From the IMG/VR virus record IMGVR_UViG_3300020190_000004: DNA of 64,000 bases, one strand, 5' to 3'. This document shows, piece by piece, positions 37,555-47,291 of the stretch; within the stretch, counting starts at the first letter, position 1; every line of letters starts with the position of its first letter. The stretch comes from a virus. Taxonomy: Duplodnaviria > Caudoviricetes. Both the position numbers and the translations under genes were made by a program. The notes beneath the pieces were generated by a model. That model saw only the letters and a program-made list of their open reading frames with translations, made no database searches and had not been told where the DNA came from.

Positions 37555-40500
37555 TTACGCAAAGTATGGTGCCACATAGCTATTTCCTAACAAAGCGTTC
37601 CTTTGTGCTGTGGCGACAAGCTGGTCAAGCCAGATGATGAATGGAAAGTTTTTTGTCGAAAGCCCTTCCCATGCAGGTAAGACTTCTTTTGGTTTCGATG
37701 GATGAATTTTTGTAAGCGCAATTCGAGTTGCTGGAAAAGCACACCCAAGAAGTATTACAGGAAAAGGTATGTTTTCGCTTGTAAACGAAGCAGCACCTTT
37801 TATGATAGGATCTACATAATCTTTTATTAACTTGGGGTTAAGTTCAAAAAATGGCCCTTCTGGTTTAGGAGGATCAGGTGTAACGAATTGAGATATGATT
37901 GATAAAAATGGAGATTTAAGATTAGAAGCAGCGTCTATAAGTGTACCTAAAACATCCAGCGCTGGAAATGCTATCGTCTCTAGCAAAGAAAACAAAAATG
38001 CTTTTATGTCCGGTCCTGATATTTGTTCAAGACTCACGCTAAACAATAGCTTTATGATATTCAAAATAACGGCAATCTTTGATGCAACAGCAGAAGTACC
38101 TAAGTTTTTGCATATTTGATTTATGTAACAGTTCGCAAACTCGTTAAAAGAAGATAAGAAATCTTTTAACGCCTTTTTTATGATAAAAAGAATTTTTGTC
38201 CCAGGGATTTCTATTTGTATAGGAAGACCAACTTTAGGCAATCTTACGGTAAATGATGCGATGAAGTTTTTTAAAGCTATCTTAATCTCTTTAAGAAGAG
38301 AAACACTTATATCGATAGGGATAACAAGAGGGGGTATTAAGTCCAAAAACAAGTTAATTCCAAGCTGAAATAATTCTTCAGCAGAAGGCAGCTGAACAGC
38401 AAAGTCAATAATTTTACTAAGTGCTTTTAGTATCAAGTCATCATTAAGACCCAGAATAATGTTGGGTATATTCTTAATTGCTTCCAAAGCAAGAGATATT
38501 CCAGGGTTAAGAGGGGGGATTGAAACGTTAGTATAACACGGCTCGGGCAAAGATACCAAGATATCTGCAGATGAAACAAAACCCAATTTCTCAGGGGTTA
38601 TATCTTTAATTGCATCTTCTATCTGCTTCTTTAAAAGATCTTTAACTAAATCTAATCTCTTCTTAGCCGCTTCTTCAGGACTTCCTAAATCTACTTCAGC
38701 TTCAAGTGCGTCAATCTTTGTGTCGAACTCAGAAAAGATTTCTATCGATGCAGCATACGATGTATTGGCTCTAACCAGTTCCTTTAATTTAGCAGTAACA
38801 TCAAAAGGGTTGTTTATACTTAATCCTATTTCTTTAAGAAGCTTCTTTGCTTTATCCGGAGCTGTCTTAAGAATACTCAACAAAGAATTAATAGTGTCAA
38901 GCATAGCAATCGCACTGGGAAGCTCCATCATCATGCCCTTTGAGTCACGCGGTATTTTTATTCCTGGTACATCAAGTCCATCCAAACTTGCAATTAAAAG
39001 CTCTATAATAGTTTTTAGTGACAACTTAATTGCTTCTACATTATCGCAGTTAGTAAACTTTAAAGCATTCTTAATTAAGTCTTTCATCCGCAAAGCAGTG
39101 GGGGAAAATCCTCCAAAGACAGGTGGGTCAGGTATAACTAGTTCATCTACAGATTTCTTAATCTTACCTTTTATGCTATCAATGACAGTTTTCGATGAAT
39201 CTGGTTTGTTTACATCAAGTCTTGTGGATCCTGTAAATAGGTTACCCGGAAATTGTGTAAGATTAATTTTTAATGTAGTATCAAGACCTGGTAATAACTC
39301 AAGAAGACTTTTTTCGTCAAACTCGGTAATTCCCAAAGAAGGATCCGGAATCTTACTAGGTCCTGTGAGAGTAACAGCAAAAATAGTTTGTTGCTTTTCA
39401 TCAATGAACATTACATAGACATTAGGAATGATCCCCCCTGCTGCGCCAATCCAAAACACAAAAGTACCAACTGATGTATGCAAAGTTAAGAGATGAACCC
39501 ACAAGAATGGCAGGGGAATGCTTATGACAGGGTCGGGTATTCCAAGTGCAAGTGAAGGGATAGGGGCCGGAACGGGTATCTGTAAAGCTACTGGGTAATA
39601 TCTAAATAATCTTTTATTTAAGAACATCAAGTCAGGTATCGGCATAAGACTTACTATCTGCATAATCTTGGTATATTCACGCCAATAACAATTCTTTTTG
39701 TAATCGGGGCAGCCATTGGATCCTTTAAGACCCAGAGGATCACTTCCTAAAAGATCTTTGCATTTCTTTTCAGTACCAGGTGAACTATCACCGCCTCCTG
39801 CCTTTTCTGCACATGCAGTAATAGCTTTTTTCTGCTCTTCTATACAAGTATTGCATTCTTCTATCGTCTTAACGAAAAAGTTTAGCTCTTTTTGTAATTT
39901 ATTAAGAAATCTGTTTGAAATGTCTAATTCATTTATAAACTTGTCAGGATTAAAAGATTCAAAATTTGATACGCTAATACTAGAAAAATCGGTAGAACTT
40001 ATCATATCATAAAAAGATAGCTTTGCTTCTAACCTTGCATAAAACCTAATTTTTTTTATGTAAGGCTTGGCATCAGAGCTAGTAAGTATTTGATTCGCTA
40101 AAGAGTTTATTTTACCTCTCGTAAGTTCTTCTAAATTTTCAATAAATGGAATAGCAATCGCTAGATCTACGTTGCAATTCTTTACAGAAGTTGGTACTTC
40201 TTGAACTATGGTAGAACCGTCGCCTGACTTGATTTCTACTGTAGACTTTGCACCTAAAGCATTTCCCTGATCATCATATTGTGGTTTAGGTCCTGTGTAT
40301 CCTTGTTCTTTCCATGTAAACAGGTCATCTATACGGTTAGGAGAATAGTATTTTCTCCAAAGTCCGTTTTCTAAAAAACCAGTCCTTGGTAGTCCCTCTC
40401 CTGGTACAAATGTATAGTTATCAACTTTAAGATAACCGTCAAAAATTGTGTCTTGCGCGCCATTTAAAGATTGCGCTAGCAAAAAGTCTAGCCTGCCTTT

Positions 40501-42141
40501 AATTTCGGGATTTGTAACAATCAGTTCAAGTGACTTGCCGTTATCTTTAAATCCTGTAAGATTAGATAAAGCATTTGTAGTTCTTTTTACTTTTTTTCGA
40601 GCCTTTTCTACATAATCTTCAAAATCATATGTATTAAATTCTGCAATGTCAAATTCATCTTTTATTTCAGCTTCAAGGCCAGCATTAAAGTTGTCTACGG
40701 AACTCTGAAAATCTTCTTGTAAAGAAATTAATGATTGATCCAAATCATTTTTTTGTGCATTCAAATTTTCTGTTTCTACGGCGGATAAATTAGTTGATAA
40801 CAGCTTTGCGGTAACATCCGCTAGCTGAGATTCTATAGACGACTTCTCTTTTGCTATCGCAATAAACGGCGGATTCAATAAGTTATTTGTGGTAGCTCTT
40901 TCTGATACATACTTGTGATTCAAGTCGTGTAAAAGAGCCACTTCTTTAAACGCATAGTATCTGTTTATAGCATTAACTTTTTTCTTACCACACTCATTCA
41001 TAATGTCTTGCGCTTTCTTTATACAAGCCATCATGTTTTTTATTTTATTTAGTTCATCTTCAGGATTAGGTAAACTTAAACCGTTGATTAAATCCTCTAC
41101 TTCTTTTATGTTTGCAAGAGGTATCTCTGGTTCAATGGGAACAACACAAGGTATCGCTTCTTCTACTTCATCAGTAGAAAATTTCTTGGTTTTTGAAGGT
41201 CTCTTTCCACACAAGTCCATTTTACCAACTTCTTTAAGATCTTTAACCAACGAATTGCCAACTTTTTTGTTTAAGTTTTTCTTAATCGCTTTAGCCGCTT
41301 TTAGATTGTCTTTATAGATTTTTTCTGCAATATCACCAAGGTTTTCTTCTATGTATAGATTAATTCCCTCCCTTTCCAATATCTCAAAAAACATATCTGC
41401 GTTAGTAGCTGCTAAAAGTTCTGTTAGAATAGCAATATCTTTAACCTCCTTTTTTGCTATTTCTTTTAATTCCTCTAACGACTTTCCAACAGAAGGCGTT
41501 AGTAGAGATTTTATCTTATCATTTTTAAGAGCATCAAGAGCTTTCTTAGGAGTACTGAAGTTTGTGTCGATAGCTGGCCCCCATGAAACTTCTTTTGTAG
41601 ATATTGCAAAACGCAAGTTTATTGAAACCGGTCCCATATTGATAGACTTGTTCAGCGTGATAGCCGGAACAGTCAGAGAAATCTTGACATCTTTCATTTT
41701 ACTAGTGTCAAGACCGGGAAGTACTTTACTTACATCAATCGTAGGATTGTCAGATAGATTATTTACTGAATTAGCAGCGGCTTGTATTTTTGAAGTATCT
41801 AAGGAAGCAAAGTCAATCGAAAAAACTTCTTTGGTTAAACTTACAATATCACTAATAGCACCACTCAAAGCTGAATTGATTGCTTCTAATAACTTTAAAA
41901 TGCGATCTTTGTCATTAGGGTTTTCTACTGCGGGCAGTGCTTTCTTTGCGAATGCCTTAATACAGTTATCTGCGTCATCTTGCGCACTGCCGTTAGCACT
42001 GCCGTTAGCACTGCCGTTAGCACTGCCGTTAGCATTCTTACCTGCGTTGGGGTCAAGAAGAGAACTTATTTCATTTAATACACTTTTGGCATCATCAGAT
42101 AGTTCATCGCAGCAGTCGCACCCTTTTTTTAATTCATCCAT
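37555..42141 (-). CDS. Large helical, Cys-clustered protein with hydrophobic C-terminal half, 1528 aa (tape-measure or spike-associated candidate)
   Basis: TAATG-coupled to the gp5-like gene. Lys/Glu-rich helical N-half, Cys clusters, and Pro/Ile/Leu-rich amphipathic C-half. Confidence 0.5.
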   Translation of the reverse strand: MDELKKGCDCCDELSDDAKSVLNEISSLLDPNAGKNANGSANGSANGSANGSAQDDADNCIKAFAKKALPAVENPNDKDRILKLLEAINSALSGAISDIVSLTKEVFSIDFASLDTSKIQAAANSVNNLSDNPTIDVSKVLPGLDTSKMKDVKISLTVPAITLNKSINMGPVSINLRFAISTKEVSWGPAIDTNFSTPKKALDALKNDKIKSLLTPSVGKSLEELKEIAKKEVKDIAILTELLAATNADMFFEILEREGINLYIEENLGDIAEKIYKDNLKAAKAIKKNLNKKVGNSLVKDLKEVGKMDLCGKRPSKTKKFSTDEVEEAIPCVVPIEPEIPLANIKEVEDLINGLSLPNPEDELNKIKNMMACIKKAQDIMNECGKKKVNAINRYYAFKEVALLHDLNHKYVSERATTNNLLNPPFIAIAKEKSSIESQLADVTAKLLSTNLSAVETENLNAQKNDLDQSLISLQEDFQSSVDNFNAGLEAEIKDEFDIAEFNTYDFEDYVEKARKKVKRTTNALSNLTGFKDNGKSLELIVTNPEIKGRLDFLLAQSLNGAQDTIFDGYLKVDNYTFVPGEGLPRTGFLENGLWRKYYSPNRIDDLFTWKEQGYTGPKPQYDDQGNALGAKSTVEIKSGDGSTIVQEVPTSVKNCNVDLAIAIPFIENLEELTRGKINSLANQILTSSDAKPYIKKIRFYARLEAKLSFYDMISSTDFSSISVSNFESFNPDKFINELDISNRFLNKLQKELNFFVKTIEECNTCIEEQKKAITACAEKAGGGDSSPGTEKKCKDLLGSDPLGLKGSNGCPDYKKNCYWREYTKIMQIVSLMPIPDLMFLNKRLFRYYPVALQIPVPAPIPSLALGIPDPVISIPLPFLWVHLLTLHTSVGTFVFWIGAAGGIIPNVYVMFIDEKQQTIFAVTLTGPSKIPDPSLGITEFDEKSLLELLPGLDTTLKINLTQFPGNLFTGSTRLDVNKPDSSKTVIDSIKGKIKKSVDELVIPDPPVFGGFSPTALRMKDLIKNALKFTNCDNVEAIKLSLKTIIELLIASLDGLDVPGIKIPRDSKGMMMELPSAIAMLDTINSLLSILKTAPDKAKKLLKEIGLSINNPFDVTAKLKELVRANTSYAASIEIFSEFDTKIDALEAEVDLGSPEEAAKKRLDLVKDLLKKQIEDAIKDITPEKLGFVSSADILVSLPEPCYTNVSIPPLNPGISLALEAIKNIPNIILGLNDDLILKALSKIIDFAVQLPSAEELFQLGINLFLDLIPPLVIPIDISVSLLKEIKIALKNFIASFTVRLPKVGLPIQIEIPGTKILFIIKKALKDFLSSFNEFANCYINQICKNLGTSAVASKIAVILNIIKLLFSVSLEQISGPDIKAFLFSLLETIAFPALDVLGTLIDAASNLKSPFLSIISQFVTPDPPKPEGPFFELNPKLIKDYVDPIIKGAASFTSENIPFPVILLGCAFPATRIALTKIHPSKPKEVLPAWEGLSTKNFPFIIWLDQLVATAQRNALLGNSYVAPYFA
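41984..42031. repeat. Perfect 12-bp tandem repeat x4 (GCACTGCCGTTA) encoding ANGS x4
   Basis: Read directly from the sequence. Confidence 0.95.
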
Positions 42142-42974
42142 TATGAACTTACTTTAACGTTTTTAGATGTAGACAACTGTTCAAACGCAGAAGCCTGCGA
42201 ACTATAAACTCCAGGGGTTGAAGGCAACTTGCCGTCAACCGCAGTAGCAAGAGATTTTAGAAATGCCCATAGCGGTTCAGCAAGAACGGCTGAATATGTA
42301 GGAGCTGGCCCAAGTTTTGTAACTGCTGAGCCATTCATGGCAACTTCTGTAGATTCTGCTCTGATTAGAGAGTTAGAAGCTAGATTGATGCTTGAATTAC
42401 ATGTGATGTTTATGTTAGGTCCTACAAGTTCAATTATGCTTTCACTACCCGAATGCTCTATAGTTATACTTGTATCAGGGTTTATCGTTATATGTGAATC
42501 TTTTAAAGATATCTCCATACCGATATCTGGTGTGTAGTATACTTTTAACTCTTCATCTTGGTCCCAGCCAAACACATGACTGTTTAGATATGAAGCGCTG
42601 ATAGCAGCCTGCATATCAGTGTTTATGTTTATGATAGAAGAATACTCGGGTGAATAAATGTTACCATCACAAAAATTTACTGATACGATTGCTCCTATCT
42701 TAGGCACACTTAAATTACCAAACCCTCCTTCACCACCCGCAAAGAAATTGTTATTTTTAGGATACGCCCACGGAATGTCTTCTTTTTTCAATTCTGTTCT
42801 TTTAGTCTGCCCGGGTATAGGTTTATTGTTTTTGTCATATACAGGTTCTTCAAAGTCAAAGACTCCAAACACCATGATTCTACAACGCCCTTCACGATTT
42901 GGGTCATCATTATCAACTACTCGTCCTACAAATGAACCTTGGGATAAATATCTTTTTTCAAGAGTACTTGCCAT
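42141..42974 (-). CDS. Baseplate spike, gp5/VgrG-like OB-fold plus beta-helix
   Basis: GRVVDNDDPNREGRCRI, IPWAYP and VPKIGAIVSV motifs, followed by short beta repeats (DSHITINPDTSITIEH). Confidence 0.85.
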   Translation of the reverse strand: MASTLEKRYLSQGSFVGRVVDNDDPNREGRCRIMVFGVFDFEEPVYDKNNKPIPGQTKRTELKKEDIPWAYPKNNNFFAGGEGGFGNLSVPKIGAIVSVNFCDGNIYSPEYSSIININTDMQAAISASYLNSHVFGWDQDEELKVYYTPDIGMEISLKDSHITINPDTSITIEHSGSESIIELVGPNINITCNSSINLASNSLIRAESTEVAMNGSAVTKLGPAPTYSAVLAEPLWAFLKSLATAVDGKLPSTPGVYSSQASAFEQLSTSKNVKVSS

Positions 42975-43005
42975 TTTTAGTTTTTAGCTTTAATAGTTTT
43001 ATATT

Positions 43006-45051
43006 TTATTTGCGACTTTTATTAGAAAAACCAATGTTACCTAAACCAGTAGATTTTAAAGATGACCCTTGGCTTTCAAGGTTAACATTAGCTGGTTTAG
43101 GAGTTGAATCACTATCAATCTTATCACCTTCTAAAGTAACGATTGAGGTATCAAGACTAGCATCTATAGTAGATACAGGTCCTTCAAGCTGTGCTTTTGC
43201 TACAGCTTGCGCAGCAACTGGGGATGAACCAAATAAGATTCTACCAAGGTCAGACTGTAACAGTGATGTCTTACCCGATGATAGCAAATCTTCTTTTCGA
43301 GGATTTGGTGTAGTAGCTTTAGGTGGTTCTAATCTTACAAGTTCTCCAAGCGTGGCATTCTCTAAAGATGTACCAGCTGTTACTGATTGTATCTCTTTTA
43401 TGTCTCCAATAAAGCCTTTTAGAAGTTCAATATCAGCACCATCTAAGTTAATGTTATCCGCCATTGTAGAAGCTTCTTTAGGGGACTTTGCAAATTTACT
43501 TAATAAACCTTGCAGGGCGGCTACGGGGTTATTCAGAATCCCTTGTAGTTCACCTACAAGTGTGGTTAAAGATAAACCATAAACATTACCAAGAAATGCG
43601 CCTCTAAGCAAATTTCCAGCCAATGCACGAGCTCTTGATCCTACATCAACGCTTCCTAAGTTACGTTCTATCAAAGTGCCAGATGGTGGTACAAGTAAAT
43701 TTTCACCTAATGCATTTTCTCCAGCAAGATTGGTTTCTTGTGCAGGTGCCCCACCTAACTGAATGTTTTGTGCATTAAGTGAAGTGTTTACTCTATCTAC
43801 CAGCTCGCCTTGTGCATTATATACTTTTGATTCAAACCCTTGTTTTCCTGGTGCTTTGTTTTCAGTTCCATTATTTTTGTTCCCCACGCCAAAACTAAAT
43901 TGTTTATCCTCTGTCCTTTTCCCGACGCTTTGCCCCTCTCTCCATTCTGTTTCCCCCGCCGTAAAAAATGGCGGCGTCGCAGCTGAAAAGAGCAGTGATC
44001 TAAGATCTTTAAAGCCATCAACGTTATTATAAGACAAAGTTTGTAAGTCACGCGAGAATTTTTCAACATCGTCACCTCTTGTTACACCATCTCCCTCTGG
44101 TTCCCCCTGTATGCTGGTTGTTTTATTAAATGATGAATACATCGTGTCTTTTCCTCGCTGGTAATTGTAAAAAGTGTCTGCGATAAGTCCACCCATCATA
44201 CCATAGTTATTGACTTCACGAATCGCTCCAATCTTAATTGGTATTTTTACGTGTGCTGGTTTATCACTCGCGTATCTTGCGACATCTGCCAAATAACCTA
44301 CAGTTTCTTCAGTCAAAAAGTCAAATTCACAATAGTCTAATCTGAACCTAATAAACGAACCTGTGTTGAAAAAAGAATTTGGTGAGAGCCCCTTAGGATC
44401 AGCCGCAGTATTCGGACGCTTAATATGGCGTATTTCAGTGACCCACAAGTCCATTGAAAAGTATCTTTGGTTATCGGGTAACATATGACGCATGTTAGAG
44501 AAATCATATGAAGCTTTTCGATAACAATCAATAAGATACGTCATCTTCATTGAAATGCTTTCATGGCAATCAAATATAATTTTCTTTTCTTTTGCGCGAT
44601 AAGGGTTTTTTGGGTCAACTCTCCATAAGTCAGCTAATCCTTCAACTTTTTCGAATGTCCATGGCTCGTATGTGGATACTTTCATAAAACCCTCTCTAAA
44701 TTCTCGAATCATGCCAGCGCGGTAATACTCGCCTCGCCTTCTTAAAAAGCTTTCAGCGCCATCAGGTAAGTTTGTATACCCATCACCAAGGCCTTTCTCC
44801 GTATCATTGGCCTTATTGTAATTTTCATCATACTTCATAAATAAGCCCATCGGCATTACATCCATGTCCATGTTAGTTGGATCATAATATCCGTCTGGGA
44901 TAATTCTAAAGTAGAAGCCCATGTAAGTAGGGTCTTCGTAGTCTTGCCATCTACTAATCTCCTCATCAAATTTTTCGGGGCGAGATGGAGATGGTAACCA
45001 CTGGCCCCCGCCAGTTAAAAACCCTTTTGTAATTTTGTTAGTGTAGTACAT
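43006..45051 (-). CDS. Putative baseplate / tail-tube-like structural protein with low-complexity C-terminus, 681 aa
   Basis: Lies between the hub and spike genes. The N-half looks globular (DPTYMGFYF, IFDCHESI, FRLDYCEFD). Confidence 0.45.
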   Translation of the reverse strand: MYYTNKITKGFLTGGGQWLPSPSRPEKFDEEISRWQDYEDPTYMGFYFRIIPDGYYDPTNMDMDVMPMGLFMKYDENYNKANDTEKGLGDGYTNLPDGAESFLRRRGEYYRAGMIREFREGFMKVSTYEPWTFEKVEGLADLWRVDPKNPYRAKEKKIIFDCHESISMKMTYLIDCYRKASYDFSNMRHMLPDNQRYFSMDLWVTEIRHIKRPNTAADPKGLSPNSFFNTGSFIRFRLDYCEFDFLTEETVGYLADVARYASDKPAHVKIPIKIGAIREVNNYGMMGGLIADTFYNYQRGKDTMYSSFNKTTSIQGEPEGDGVTRGDDVEKFSRDLQTLSYNNVDGFKDLRSLLFSAATPPFFTAGETEWREGQSVGKRTEDKQFSFGVGNKNNGTENKAPGKQGFESKVYNAQGELVDRVNTSLNAQNIQLGGAPAQETNLAGENALGENLLVPPSGTLIERNLGSVDVGSRARALAGNLLRGAFLGNVYGLSLTTLVGELQGILNNPVAALQGLLSKFAKSPKEASTMADNINLDGADIELLKGFIGDIKEIQSVTAGTSLENATLGELVRLEPPKATTPNPRKEDLLSSGKTSLLQSDLGRILFGSSPVAAQAVAKAQLEGPVSTIDASLDTSIVTLEGDKIDSDSTPKPANVNLESQGSSLKSTGLGNIGFSNKSRK

Positions 45052-45055
45052 ATTA

Positions 45056-45064
45056 GTATATATT
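45056..45064 (-). promoter_or_regulatory. Putative late promoter AATATATAC
   Basis: Fills most of a 13-nt intergenic gap before the ATG at 45051. Confidence 0.5.
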
Positions 45065-46657
45065 TTAACCTGTTCCAGGTACTGGCCATTCTCTTCTCTT
45101 TAAGTAAAAGATCTCGGTGTAAGATGGGACGATAGCTTTATTATTGGATATGAAGTTAGTTGAAGTAGGTAACATTGAATATGTAATCTTTATGCCGTCT
45201 ACCATGTAAAAACCGCTGTAAATCTGATTGGCAACCATGTTTGCCTCAGAACCGACATCCATTACATCGGAGACTTCGTTAGGGGTAGCATTCTGCCTTC
45301 TTGCGTTTACGTTGTCTTGTGAGTAAACAAGAACAGGTATCTTTTCTCCACGATATATGTTTGGGTTCCAGCGTTCTACGTGAGCTATCAAATACAATTT
45401 TTCTAGCTCTTCGTTATTACGAGTATTCCATAGTTCTGAATAGTAGTACTTGTCATGAACATCTTCATATTGAATACCTTGCCAATACCTCTTATATTGT
45501 GTTTTCCAATATGTTTCTTCGGACGTACCGTCCGGTAATTTCTTAAAGGACCGCCCCTTTAGCAATATCTTTTTTTCATTCGCGCCTTCGGTAACTAGCG
45601 GATCAACAAATATGTTCCAAAACTGCAAACTTTGATAGTCAAAGATTTGCGAAAAACTTTTGTAACCCCACTTCTTAGAAACCGCTGATGAATTATTCTC
45701 AACGCCATACTGTTTTATGAACATGTTTGTGTCTCTTAAAGATTGTATGTCAGTTAACATTTTGGCTGTAGTTGTCTGAGAATTTTCTACCATGTTATCT
45801 TTATCATTATACAAATCCCTAAATTGTGTTACGTCTAAAAGAGCAACTTCAATCTTACCATCACCAGCAACCTGTGGGTTAACATTTACAAAGTTTAAGT
45901 GATAATAGTTATCAATAAAGACCTTGTAAAAAGATTGTTCATTTTTCCAAGCGTGGTTGGCAACATGCTTAATGAAATTATGCAATGTATCACCTGTGCA
46001 TAGCCAGACTTGTGAATCATTAGTAAAAGATTCGTTGGTAGCAAAACCTAACCCCAAGTCTCCTGCAACTTTTTGTAAAACTTCAAAGGTTGTTCCACTA
46101 TATGACTTTAACACTTCATCGTGTATATGCGGAACGAAAAGTTCGCCAAAGATAGTAAGTGTCCCACCTTGCCCTTGTGACACACCTGGCGATATATCAA
46201 CTCGTGTTATTAAGAAATCATTTCTGATAGGCTTAAATGCGTCAGACTTGGCTCTAATAAAAACATTAACTAAATCACCGTCTTTTGGCACAGATGTAAA
46301 CTTAAAACCTGTTTTAGTCGAGTCTAATACAATTTCTAATCTAAGAGCAGGCAAGAATCCTGTTGAATCTATCTCAAAATCGTAAATGTCACCTGTGTTA
46401 AAAACTACCGCGTTAATCATAATAAACGGATATGAAGTGCCTATATCGTTCTGAATTTGATAACCAGATTCAACACCCTTTTGGTCATAAAGATTTTCAG
46501 AAGTTCCTTGGAATGCATCTTCAATTATCATATCATCAACCTCTATCGTAGGTTTTAGCAAAGACCTAATTATGCACTCTTCTTGATTAGTGTTTCTAAT
46601 TTGATTAGGATTCTCCGGCGGTTCAATAAAAAACGGGTTAACAAAGTTATCTGCCAT
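45065..46657 (-). CDS. Baseplate hub, gp27 / late control D-like
   Basis: TFEVLQKVAGDLGLGF, FYKVFIDNYYHLNF and YSGFYMVDGIKITY. Lies between gp53 and gp5. Confidence 0.7.
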   Translation of the reverse strand: MADNFVNPFFIEPPENPNQIRNTNQEECIIRSLLKPTIEVDDMIIEDAFQGTSENLYDQKGVESGYQIQNDIGTSYPFIMINAVVFNTGDIYDFEIDSTGFLPALRLEIVLDSTKTGFKFTSVPKDGDLVNVFIRAKSDAFKPIRNDFLITRVDISPGVSQGQGGTLTIFGELFVPHIHDEVLKSYSGTTFEVLQKVAGDLGLGFATNESFTNDSQVWLCTGDTLHNFIKHVANHAWKNEQSFYKVFIDNYYHLNFVNVNPQVAGDGKIEVALLDVTQFRDLYNDKDNMVENSQTTTAKMLTDIQSLRDTNMFIKQYGVENNSSAVSKKWGYKSFSQIFDYQSLQFWNIFVDPLVTEGANEKKILLKGRSFKKLPDGTSEETYWKTQYKRYWQGIQYEDVHDKYYYSELWNTRNNEELEKLYLIAHVERWNPNIYRGEKIPVLVYSQDNVNARRQNATPNEVSDVMDVGSEANMVANQIYSGFYMVDGIKITYSMLPTSTNFISNNKAIVPSYTEIFYLKRREWPVPGTG

Positions 46658-47280
46658 TACTTGTTATTATTTAGTCGGTTTTTAACTAGCCTTGCTAAGA
46701 ATTCACTTTTAGAAATTGGTTCTTCACAAGCTTCTTTGCTCTTTGTAACATTAGGGCCGAAGTAGAGTTTACCGTTTCTTAATTGTATTTCTTTATCCCC
46801 AAAGTCAGCGTAGTTAGGAGGTAAAGCATTTTCTTGCGCGGATTTTTCACCAGGTTTTTTATTTCTTTTTTCAAACTCTTTAAGTTTAGGGTCAAGCTGG
46901 GAACCTTTTTCAGGGGAAAGATATTGTTTACGAACATCTTTAATTTTTTCTGCCTGGTTTTCTTCATTTCTAAAGTTTTTGTTTAGACTGATTGGGTCAT
47001 ATATAACAAGAAGATCACCAGTATTGATAGCAAGAGGGTTACTTATGTCATTAAACTTAAGAATTTTTTCAATCATATCCATGTTACCGTACATTGCTTT
47101 GGATATTAAGTCTATTCTCATTGCAGTTTCATCAGTAACTAGGTAGTACTTTATACCCTTTGGCCCGTTTGAAGGGTCAACATTAAGGTCTCTATGAATA
47201 AAGTCAATATAAAACTCATTTGTTTTTTTGTCTTTAATTTCGGGTTTAGTATTCTGTGTTACGTTAAATTCAATCGGCAT
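46657..47280 (-). CDS. Baseplate wedge gp53 / LysM-like protein
   Basis: RIDLISKAMYGNMD..ILKFNDISNPLAINTGDLLVI. Confidence 0.8.
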   Translation of the reverse strand: MPIEFNVTQNTKPEIKDKKTNEFYIDFIHRDLNVDPSNGPKGIKYYLVTDETAMRIDLISKAMYGNMDMIEKILKFNDISNPLAINTGDLLVIYDPISLNKNFRNEENQAEKIKDVRKQYLSPEKGSQLDPKLKEFEKRNKKPGEKSAQENALPPNYADFGDKEIQLRNGKLYFGPNVTKSKEACEEPISKSEFLARLVKNRLNNNK

Positions 47281-47291
47281 AGTCTACTTAA

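Noticed and set aside
41351-42157. 268-aa plus-strand ORF, and similar ones at 38720..39418, 42899..43582 and 57252..57725
   Set aside because: They lie fully antisense to long, well-supported genes and have Ser/Leu/Phe-rich shadow composition with no motifs.
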